Positions 1 through 7,879 of a stretch of 16,896 nucleotides of DNA are shown piece by piece. A program made the translations under genes and the position numbers. Origin of the DNA: Chlamydiia bacterium (lineage in GTDB: Bacteria; Chlamydiota; Chlamydiia; Chlamydiales; RGXB01); contig JBEIFH010000022.1 of the NCBI GenBank assembly GCA_040382515.1, positions 1-16,896 of the forward strand, in the 5' to 3' direction. How positions within the stretch are numbered: the first letter of the stretch is position 1; each line of letters opens with the position of its first letter. The notes under the pieces were generated by a model that saw only the letters and a program-made list of their open reading frames with translations, had not been told where the DNA came from and did no database searches.

Positions 1-91
1 TAAACAATTTAGGTCTTTTAACGGAATTGGTCAAAGTTTCAAAGGAGAAGCTGATCTCCTTGATGGTTGGTCTTTAAACAATCCAGGTCTT

Positions 92-463
92 CTAGCGGGA
101 TTCGTAACTAGGATCCCATTTATATTCCACGTTGTCGATGAGAATTTTTTTGTAAACCCAGGGGTCGTTATTCTCCCGCATGAGTCGATCGCACCCTTTT
201 ATCCAACCCTTAAGCGGACCAAAACGGCGGATGCTTAAAAGGGTGTATCGGGAACTTGTGGGTCTAAAATGGCTGCGGGGCCCATCGATCGGGGAGAGGA
301 TCTCTTGGTGAAAGAGGATGATATTTTCAAGGGTTTTGCCGACGAAGCCTTCGCTTTCAACTAAAGAGATCTGTTTGGCGGGGTTTTGGACAAGAGCATG
401 ATCCTTTCCCCAGGGCTCCACATATCCCTTCACGGCTAAAAAAATGAGTAAACTAGAAACCAT
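92..463 (-). CDS. yidD: YidD-like membrane protein insertion efficiency factor (Haemolytic domain), Cys-less variant with N-terminal extension
   Basis: The translation contains IILFHQEILSPIDGPRSHFRPTSSRYTLLSIRRFGPLKGWIKGCDRLMR...WDP, matching the YidD pattern I..YQ..ISP.....CRF.PTCS.Y...A....G..KG......RI.RC...DP. The start overlaps the stop of the upstream gene (453-463). Confidence 0.8.
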   Translation of the reverse strand: MVSSLLIFLAVKGYVEPWGKDHALVQNPAKQISLVESEGFVGKTLENIILFHQEILSPIDGPRSHFRPTSSRYTLLSIRRFGPLKGWIKGCDRLMRENNDPWVYKKILIDNVEYKWDPSYESR

Positions 464-1526
464 ATTCCAACTGCAGCAACGGGTATAATTTCTTATCTTC
501 CATCACCGGATGGATGAGTGCTTCATAAAGTCGCTCATTGTACGTTTTCGCAGCCTGGCCGGAGCCATAAATACTGCCAAAGTACCATCCCGCCTCAAAA
601 CCTGTCGTCAAAATTCCGGCAGGAATATTTCCATTTAGGAAAAAGTACGTTGCAGTTCCTATGAATAGGGCATTGATCGAAAAAGCGGTAACAGCAGATT
701 GGTATTGACCTAGATAAGCATAGCCTGCTCCAGGGATAACCGCAAGTGTTTGGGCAACCAAGGGGGATTTCTTATGTTTGATGTAGGAGGTATGGGTCTC
801 GTCCAAAACAGATCGTAATTTTCCGGTCTTAGAGAAATCCAACTGGTCATAACTCAAAAAATGGTGCGCTTTTTGCGTGTCGAAAAGGGCTTTTTGGATC
901 GAAATATTCCCCTCTTTGGCAGGGGGCGCGTCCCGATCCAATATAGCAAATGCTGTTTTGGTGTCGGCCGTTTGTAAAGCATGGCCGACGAGGATCGGTT
1001 CGGCTATTTTTGGGTAATTTTGAGCTAATGCCTGGTGTACGCTTAAAGCTTTGTGCTTTTGTTTTGTGATTTCGTAGGCTTCACCCAAAATGAGAAGAAG
1101 GTCTTGGTAAGCTCTGAAATCGGGGTGCACGAAGGCGAGGGAGGAGGATTCGAAGGTAGAGACCAGGTCTTCATGTTTTTTCCCAAGGGCATAACACAAA
1201 AGTGTGTAGTACTCTACCTCATGTTTTCGTTGCATGGTCAGAATCGGATTGGGTTCCTCGCTTAAAAGAAATTCAGCGCGCTGAAAAGAGGTGATCGCAC
1301 GGTAAAGATCGAGTCGTTTGGCAAAGTGGACTCCCATTCGATATTCTGTTGCCCAAGAGGTTTCCAGCTCTTTAGGAGACAAAGGATCGAATGCAGAGGG
1401 TAAAGCCTGCACCATTTTTTCATGAACACTGTAATGAACGTTAGGGTTGATCTCATCCGATACCGATGTGCAGGAGAGCACGAGAGATAAAAAGAGGATT
1501 GGTACAGATCTAGTCCCTTTTGACAA
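453..1526 (-). CDS. Putative lipoprotein with TPR-like helical region and C-terminal TM2-like membrane segment
   Basis: The ORF track gives 453..1592. An in-frame TTG at 1526, preceded by GGGGTGG, yields MSKGTRSVPILFLSLVLS-C, a typical lipoprotein signal, and cuts the overlap with cdsC to 17 bp. TPR-like helices include YRMGVHFAKRLDLYRAITSFQRA and LLLILGEAYEITKQKHKAL. The C-terminal KSPLVAQTLAVIPGAGYAYLGQ plus hydrophobic helices is TM2-like. Confidence 0.65.
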   Translation of the reverse strand: MSKGTRSVPILFLSLVLSCTSVSDEINPNVHYSVHEKMVQALPSAFDPLSPKELETSWATEYRMGVHFAKRLDLYRAITSFQRAEFLLSEEPNPILTMQRKHEVEYYTLLCYALGKKHEDLVSTFESSSLAFVHPDFRAYQDLLLILGEAYEITKQKHKALSVHQALAQNYPKIAEPILVGHALQTADTKTAFAILDRDAPPAKEGNISIQKALFDTQKAHHFLSYDQLDFSKTGKLRSVLDETHTSYIKHKKSPLVAQTLAVIPGAGYAYLGQYQSAVTAFSINALFIGTATYFFLNGNIPAGILTTGFEAGWYFGSIYGSGQAAKTYNERLYEALIHPVMEDKKLYPLLQLEYGF

Positions 1527-4500
1527 GATCCACCCCGAAGTCAAAGGCTTCTGGATCGGATTGATCTCTATAGATGTCTTCTTGCTGCTCACTGATCTCC
1601 TTCCACTGCTCAGTTGATTGAATAATCTCGGGACGGATGAAAATGACTACGTCGGCATTTTCGTTTTCTTTAAGCGATTGGCTAAAAGCAGCACCAATCA
1701 TGGGGAGGCCTCCCAGGCAGGGAAGACCCGATTTTGCCACTGTTTTGGTATTACGGATTTGGCCGGACAGTACAACAAATGCTTTATCGGGAACATGGAC
1801 ACGTGTCTGCATGCTGGTTTTATTTGTCCTGATCCCGTTCACGGATTGAGTGTTCACATCGTTATTGTCATTCGTACCGGTATTAGCTTCCTCGGTAATC
1901 TCTTCATCTATCTCTAAAGTAATAATACCATTATCGCCAATATTTGGGGTAATGTTTAGAGACACTCCGATGTTACGGTATTCAAGGTTGGCATTCGTTG
2001 TTTGTGAGATACCCGATGTGGTGATGATGGATCCGGTAAACGGGACGTTTTGACCGACGAAAATTTGGGACATGCGGCTGTCTTGAGCGAGAATTTTTTG
2101 GTTGAGGATTGTTGTTGTGCGCCCCTCTTCTTGCAAAGCTGTAAGAAGGGAGGTGAGGGTAAGGTAGGATTTTCCACCATGAAAAATGATATCGCCTATG
2201 ATCCCCAGCTGGCGGGATGCGAGGCTGGGGAATAGATTGGGCGAGGGGCCGTTTACTGCATTAACGCCTGATGAAGAACTCCCTGCAGAGGAGGAAGCCC
2301 CTTTAACAGTATCTTGGAAGTTAGGTAAGTTTGCAGCGTCTACCCGTGGATTGTTTGTTCCAATACCTGCAAATTTACCTTTGAAATTACTGTAGCCACC
2401 CCAGCGTAGACCTATATCAAGAACGTCCCTTAAGGTTGTCTCGAGCACAAGCACCTCTATGAAAACCTGCTTAAGAGGGATATCGATCGATGATAAAATA
2501 TCTTTCAATTTCGTAAGAGTTTGCGGATCTCCTGTTGCTATGAGGGAGTTTGTCACCCGGATCCACTGCACCGAACTAATTGCTGTGATCAAAGATTCGT
2601 TTTTAGCGTTCTTTGAGAGCTGCAGCTCCTCACCGATTTGCTTGAGAGCCGACTGGATATCGGATCCCGTATGAAAATTCAATTTGTAGTTTAAAAAACC
2701 GATATTATCAAAGGACTCTATAGAGGTAAGGGGTTTAGCTGTTTCTGCAGTTGGGGTATCGAATTCCTGTAGTAGTTTCATGATCTGGTTGATATTTTCC
2801 TGAGCCCCGACAACTACGATCCTTCCATTCAAGAACTGAAGATTATCTATAGACTTTGAAAGCCCGTGGTCGTTCACCCCTTTATTCGAGATGTGATCCA
2901 TGTAGGCTTGCACCTCTTTGATCAGCTCCGGGCCGGACTTGTACACAGGTTTGTAATTTTGATAATTATCGATGACTTTTTTTCCGGTCATTCCAGGAAT
3001 TCTTTGGTCGAAAGACTCAAGGAGTTTCTCCACCTTTTCCAGGTTTTCCGGTGTGCCGGAAAAGACCAGTATTCCGTCGGTGATTTTCGCGCTGTAGACT
3101 GTTTTGACCAGATCCGGGTCTTCGTCTCTTATCTCTTTTGTGGTCGATTTGAGCTGTTCTAAAAGATCCTTAGCCGATTTGGTTTTTGGACTATAGCTAA
3201 GAAATGTGGACGTTCCTACTTGCGAAATCTTCGAAGTGGTTTGCGTTTGCAAATCGATGGCATTGATCATCTCCCGAACTTTTGCGATATTGACCTCATT
3301 ACCGCTGACAATAATCGAATTCGAATTTTTTACGAGCTTGATCCCCTTGAGTGTCTGTATTAGGCTTGGATCTGCGTTTCCGGAATTTTCCAAATCATTA
3401 GCTATCCCCTGGAGTGATCGGATCATTTCGGCTGCACTCATATGGGTTGGCCTGTAGATAATATACTGCGTCGAGGAGACGGTATGGATGTCGAGTTTGG
3501 TGATGATCTCGGTCAGTTGTTGGATCGTCTGCGGGGTTCCGCGAATGGTAAGCGTATTGTTTGCTTTGTTCCATTGGATATCTTTTACTGCACGGATAAA
3601 GCCCATGTTTTCGGGTGAGTCGGGTAGCTGCGATGCCATTTGATCCAGTTGCTCTACGACAAATTTTCCAGGGACATTGTGTAGTTTGACGATCGAAAAG
3701 CCGGTTGAAACTACCGGTTCCGGGAGTTTTGTTTGCGAATCGATGGCATTGATCATATCGCGAACTTTTCCGATATTGATCTCGCTTCCGCTCACTATGA
3801 TAGAATTCGAGTTCTTTACGAGCTTTATCCCTTTAAGCGTTTGTATGAGGCTCGGATCAGCGGTTCCCGATTTTTCGAGGTCGCTCGTGATCCCGTCAAG
3901 AGATTTGATCATTTCGGCTGCGCTCATATGGACCGGTTTGTAGATGATGTATTGGGTCGTGGAAACAGTATGGATGTCGAGTTTGGTGATAATCTCTGTA
4001 AGCTGTTGTATGATCTGCGGGGTTCCGCGGATGGTGAGCGTATTATTTGTCTTGTTCCACTGCAGGTCCCTGACTGCATGGATGAATCCGATGTTTTCGG
4101 GGGTATCGGGGAGCTGCGATGCCATTTGATCTAACTGTTCTTCGACGAATTTACCGGATACGTTCTGCAGTTTGATGATGGAGAAGCCGGATGATGCTGT
4201 CGTCTGTTGGTCGATTTTCGAAATAAGGTCGCTGATTTCCTGAATAGTGTGTGGTGATCCCTGAATAACGATAGAATTTGTATCTTTATTCCACTTGAGT
4301 GTATCCATCGCATTCAAAAAATCACCATTTGCAGTGTCATCCGGGATGTCTTTGGCCATCGATCGCAAATGGTCCATCACCATTTTTCCTGAAGCAAACT
4401 TTAGTTTTACGATGGAAAATGTGAGATCCGATTTCACCTGTTGCGGTGTGTCTATAGTTTTGATGAGGGTCTGTACCTTGCTGATTTCAACAGGTTCACC

Positions 4501-5493
4501 AATAAAAAGGATGAAATCGGGGGCGATCAAAGTTGCATCGTTGACCAGCCTAGTGAATCCGGCTGAGCTATACTCGGTTGTTTTCGAATCTTTAGAGATG
4601 GCTCTCAGAGCGGTCGAGATGGATTGGATGGAACGGTTGGCACCTTTATAAAGATAAATGTTACCGTTAGTGATAGAGCCTTGTTGCTTTGAGGCTTTCT
4701 CTTCGATCTGTTGAAAGACATCTAGCGCCTTTTCGGTAAGCTCTTTGCTGCCGACAATAAAAACCCTTTGCGTCTCCTCTTGGGGAAGCAAGGAGTAGCT
4801 TTTCTGGCCGCAAACGGTGTCTAAAATAGGTGCTGCGATCGAAACTAGCTCTGTTGGCTGGAAAAATACCGTCTCGTAAGGGACGCTGACCGCACCTGTT
4901 TCCGGTTGATCGACTGCCTTAACCAAAGAATCGATCGAGAGGATATTTTGTATAACATCGGATATGATGATAAGCTTCCGCTCGGGGAATGCTTCGATCA
5001 CGCTTGTTGAGGATAAATAGGGCTGGAGCAGAGTTAAAATTGTCGCAACGGGGCTATTTCTAATTTGATAGATTTTTGTGACTATCGGAGCGACGGTTTC
5101 CCCTTTATTCAGATCAGAGCCAAATAATAGGGGCATCTCTTTAATGTCCGGATTTTGGTGAATGACGAGCGTACCGTTTTCCTCAAGAATACTGAATCCC
5201 TGTATCCTCAAGGTTTGCACGAAACCCGAGACAATCGTTTCTACTGTCATCTCTTCATCGGAAACCAAATTGATCGAAAAATTCAATTCAGCCGGGTTGT
5301 ATACGAAATTGAGCCCGGCTATTTCGCTGAGAAATCCAATAAATTCCTCGGCTTTCACTTGGCTGAAATTGATTTTATAACGCGATTCGCGAGACATTTT
5401 TTGTTTGGGACGGCCCCAAGCATTCAGACCAAATGGTATGATTGAAGCAGTTAAGCAGTAGAAAAGTACATATCTTTTAAAGGCTGGCACCAT
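1510..5493 (-). CDS. sctC: Type III secretion outer-membrane secretin CdsC/SctC, greatly enlarged (1327 aa)
   Basis: N-terminal signal peptide, then an N0 domain (YKINFSQVK...LNFVY) and repeated secretin N-domains. The C-terminal secretin domain has KQVFIEVLVLET, IFVGQNVPF, EYRNIGVSLNITPNI, GLPCLGGLPMIGAAFS and VVIFIRPEII. It sits at the end of the chlamydial cdsD...pkn5-cdsC cluster. Confidence 0.95.
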   Translation of the reverse strand: MVPAFKRYVLFYCLTASIIPFGLNAWGRPKQKMSRESRYKINFSQVKAEEFIGFLSEIAGLNFVYNPAELNFSINLVSDEEMTVETIVSGFVQTLRIQGFSILEENGTLVIHQNPDIKEMPLLFGSDLNKGETVAPIVTKIYQIRNSPVATILTLLQPYLSSTSVIEAFPERKLIIISDVIQNILSIDSLVKAVDQPETGAVSVPYETVFFQPTELVSIAAPILDTVCGQKSYSLLPQEETQRVFIVGSKELTEKALDVFQQIEEKASKQQGSITNGNIYLYKGANRSIQSISTALRAISKDSKTTEYSSAGFTRLVNDATLIAPDFILFIGEPVEISKVQTLIKTIDTPQQVKSDLTFSIVKLKFASGKMVMDHLRSMAKDIPDDTANGDFLNAMDTLKWNKDTNSIVIQGSPHTIQEISDLISKIDQQTTASSGFSIIKLQNVSGKFVEEQLDQMASQLPDTPENIGFIHAVRDLQWNKTNNTLTIRGTPQIIQQLTEIITKLDIHTVSTTQYIIYKPVHMSAAEMIKSLDGITSDLEKSGTADPSLIQTLKGIKLVKNSNSIIVSGSEINIGKVRDMINAIDSQTKLPEPVVSTGFSIVKLHNVPGKFVVEQLDQMASQLPDSPENMGFIRAVKDIQWNKANNTLTIRGTPQTIQQLTEIITKLDIHTVSSTQYIIYRPTHMSAAEMIRSLQGIANDLENSGNADPSLIQTLKGIKLVKNSNSIIVSGNEVNIAKVREMINAIDLQTQTTSKISQVGTSTFLSYSPKTKSAKDLLEQLKSTTKEIRDEDPDLVKTVYSAKITDGILVFSGTPENLEKVEKLLESFDQRIPGMTGKKVIDNYQNYKPVYKSGPELIKEVQAYMDHISNKGVNDHGLSKSIDNLQFLNGRIVVVGAQENINQIMKLLQEFDTPTAETAKPLTSIESFDNIGFLNYKLNFHTGSDIQSALKQIGEELQLSKNAKNESLITAISSVQWIRVTNSLIATGDPQTLTKLKDILSSIDIPLKQVFIEVLVLETTLRDVLDIGLRWGGYSNFKGKFAGIGTNNPRVDAANLPNFQDTVKGASSSAGSSSSGVNAVNGPSPNLFPSLASRQLGIIGDIIFHGGKSYLTLTSLLTALQEEGRTTTILNQKILAQDSRMSQIFVGQNVPFTGSIITTSGISQTTNANLEYRNIGVSLNITPNIGDNGIITLEIDEEITEEANTGTNDNNDVNTQSVNGIRTNKTSMQTRVHVPDKAFVVLSGQIRNTKTVAKSGLPCLGGLPMIGAAFSQSLKENENADVVIFIRPEIIQSTEQWKEISEQQEDIYRDQSDPEAFDFGVDLVKRD
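3245..4188 (-). repeat. Intragenic tandem duplication in cdsC, period 486 bp (162 aa, two N-domains per unit)
   Basis: Copies lie at about 3731-4188 and 3245-3702; for example gatgccatttgatc occurs at 3632 and 4118. A manual alignment of GFS...QT shows 25 differences in 153 aa (about 84% identity). Confidence 0.95.
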
Positions 5494-5604
5494 ATGCCCC
5501 TTACATAGAAAAATATGTTAATTATTGCAATAGAGCTCGTTAGAAATTGTTCGTAACTATGAGAAGAACAATAAAAAAATAGAAATCACGCAACGAATAG
5601 GGAA

Positions 5605-6312
5605 TTAAAAAGGGACCGTTTCATCACCGGTTGGATCGCAATCTAGTCGAAAGCCTAAGTTGTAGAGCTCTTTTTCTAATTGGTCAGCATCGTGAAACCA
5701 GATAGCATTCCAGGATTGTTTTTTTGCAACGAGAATATTTTCTAATTTATCATCGATGAAAAGACAGCTACATGGCTCGACGCCGATTGTTTCTATGACA
5801 AACTGGTAGGCCTCTTTTTGCGGTTTGCGCAGGCCGATCTCATACGACAAAATTAATTGCTCGAAGGGCTCATAATATCCGAGTTCTTTGTATAAATCGG
5901 CTTTGTGTTTTTCCGTGTTAGAAAAAAGGATCACATTTTTTTGTTTTTTGAGAGCTTGGATAATTTTAAAGACTTTCTTATCCATTAAAATGGAGCCTTT
6001 GATCTCTTTTTTAAATTGTTTAAGAAAAGAAGAGGGCATCTCTTTACCGAAATTTTTGAAAATATTTTTAAAAAAATTTTTATCCTCATCCCCATGCAGA
6101 AGGGCCTCTTTCCTTTCCTTTAGAATTTCTTTTGCAGTTTCTTCGCTAATCTCCAACTCTTGAGACAAAAATGCCTCCACAAGCCGCGTATCCTTTTGGA
6201 CGACCACATTTCCGAAGTCAAAAATAACCGTTTGGACTTTATTTGCAGGGGTATCAACATTTACATTTGCCTTGCAAAATAGAGCCAAAAGGAGAGTAAA
6301 GAGGGAAATCAT
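5605..6312 (-). CDS. HAD-superfamily phosphatase (IA variant 3, YihX-like) with N-terminal signal peptide
   Basis: Motif I VIFDFGNVV, motif II LFSN, motif III GLRKPQ and motif IV FIDD are present. The N-terminus MISLFTLLLALFC is hydrophobic. Confidence 0.9.
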   Translation of the reverse strand: MISLFTLLLALFCKANVNVDTPANKVQTVIFDFGNVVVQKDTRLVEAFLSQELEISEETAKEILKERKEALLHGDEDKNFFKNIFKNFGKEMPSSFLKQFKKEIKGSILMDKKVFKIIQALKKQKNVILFSNTEKHKADLYKELGYYEPFEQLILSYEIGLRKPQKEAYQFVIETIGVEPCSCLFIDDKLENILVAKKQSWNAIWFHDADQLEKELYNLGFRLDCDPTGDETVPF

Positions 6313-6345
6313 AACTACTTTTTAAAATATTCAATAAGTATTGCT

Positions 6346-6374
6346 ATTATATAGCATTCAAAAGAAAAAGACAA
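6346..6374 (-). promoter_or_regulatory. sigma70/sigma66-type promoter for the HAD gene (and possibly cdsC)
   Basis: On the minus strand, TTGTCT (6374-6369), a 17-bp spacer and TATAAT (6351-6346) end 33 bp upstream of the HAD ATG. Confidence 0.7.
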
Positions 6375-6394
6375 ATAAACGAAAAGGGGGGGGG

Positions 6395-7879
6395 TCAGTC
6401 AAGACGGCGGATTACTAGGGCTGCGGAGGAATCACCTATAGAATTTTTTTGAAAGATATCCTTTGTAAACGAGTCGGGTGATACCTTTGTGAGTTCCAGT
6501 TTCCCACCGTCGATCCCTATAATAATGGTATCGAGCGAATCGAGGCGGTCCTGGATAGGATTTGGAAAGGGGCCGCTGTTACCGAAAAGGCGGCCGGTGG
6601 CCTCAAGGGTACGCAGGGTGTTTGAAGTATACGAGTGGTGGTCAATATAGGAGTTCCCAAACGAAAAAAGGTGGAAAAGGTTTTCTGTCGTGCTCACATG
6701 CAAAAGTTGTAAATGTAGTAGATAACCCGCACCATTTTCAAGTCGCTCAAGAAATTTGGAAAGGGAGAACTCATTTCTTACCGTCATCCACTCTAAAAGA
6801 AGCTTTCCCCTCTCCATGACAGTTTTGAGTTCCAAAAGAGATTGCATATCTGTTTCGGGACTAGAGGCTATTAGTGCAAGATAGGAACCGTCAGGCAAGA
6901 TATGGTGCAAAACAGCGTAGTTTTCCCCTTTGGGGTGGGGGTTGAGTGCCAATTCCACCGAAAGATCCATCAGCCCTTCAGGGATGGGAGCTATCAGCAG
7001 CCGCTTGCTCTGTTCTATGCTTTCAAGAAGATCTTTCAATGTGTCTTCAGAGCTCTCCTCTTGTGCCAGAAGCCCTTTTTTGAGATACACGGAGAGGTCT
7101 GCAATCATCTCCATCACATCCTCATAGCGACCATTCGGATCCGTTTGAGTGGCTTTTTTTACTATTTCGCGCAAATGTTTTGGAATCAGCTCCAGATCAA
7201 TCCTTCCAAATGAGACTCGACCTAAGATCAGCTCGTAGAGAATGACACCCATAGCATAGATATCGCTACGGGTTTGGACTTTTTTAGATCCCCCTTTTTC
7301 CTCTAAAGGCATGTAGGAGGGGGTGCCGTAGAGAGGGCCCTCTAAAAGCTCCTCTTGAGTCCCAGCGATTCCAAAATCGACTAATTTGATTTCGGATGTC
7401 TCTGTGATCAGGATGTTTTCCGGTTTTAGATCTCTGTGTACGATCCCTACTGAATGGAGATACAGTAGGGCGTACAGCGTTTTTGTAACGATTTCAATCG
7501 ATCTTTTTAGGGATAAGGAGCGTTGCAAAATAAATTGCTTCAAGGAGATTCCGGGGACAAATTCTACCGCAATGTACATTCCGTCTTCATAGGCCCCTTC
7601 GCCTAAATACCGGACGATATTCGCGTGGGAGAGCTCTTTGAGGATGGCCCCTTCCTTGAGGAAGATTTTTTTTCTTTCCGGATCTTTTAGAACATCGTGG
7701 CTTAAAACTTTAAGCACCGCCAACTCCCGCTTTTGCTCATCCATACCTAGATACAGTCGGGAGAGGGCTCCTGTTGTGAGAAGCTTCTCTATACGGTAAG
7801 GGCCGATTTTTGCAGGTAGATCCGATGCGATCGTCTCGGGGCGCAATCGGACGGTGGGTTCATGGTAAAACTGGACCAT
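6395..7879 (-). CDS. pkn5: Hanks-type Ser/Thr protein kinase Pkn5 (CT673 positional ortholog) with degenerate PP2C/SpoIIE-like C-terminal domain
   Basis: Kinase motifs are AVLK, HANIV, HRDLKPENIL, DFG, GTPSYMPLE, SDIYAMG and DPNGRY. The ATG directly abuts the cdsQ stop (TAG-ATG), as in the chlamydial order cdsQ-pkn5. Confidence 0.9.
   Translation of the reverse strand: MVQFYHEPTVRLRPETIASDLPAKIGPYRIEKLLTTGALSRLYLGMDEQKRELAVLKVLSHDVLKDPERKKIFLKEGAILKELSHANIVRYLGEGAYEDGMYIAVEFVPGISLKQFILQRSLSLKRSIEIVTKTLYALLYLHSVGIVHRDLKPENILITETSEIKLVDFGIAGTQEELLEGPLYGTPSYMPLEEKGGSKKVQTRSDIYAMGVILYELILGRVSFGRIDLELIPKHLREIVKKATQTDPNGRYEDVMEMIADLSVYLKKGLLAQEESSEDTLKDLLESIEQSKRLLIAPIPEGLMDLSVELALNPHPKGENYAVLHHILPDGSYLALIASSPETDMQSLLELKTVMERGKLLLEWMTVRNEFSLSKFLERLENGAGYLLHLQLLHVSTTENLFHLFSFGNSYIDHHSYTSNTLRTLEATGRLFGNSGPFPNPIQDRLDSLDTIIIGIDGGKLELTKVSPDSFTKDIFQKNSIGDSSAALVIRRLD

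Noticed and set aside
1527..1592. Track start at 1592 for the lipoprotein ORF
   Set aside because: It would overlap cdsC by 83 bp and bury the signal peptide. The TTG at 1526 fits better.
1510..5493. Secretin read as type II secretion GspD or type IV pilus PilQ
   Set aside because: The N-domains are GspD-like, but the gene occupies the cdsC position after cdsQ-pkn5 and no gspE/F/G or pil genes are adjacent.
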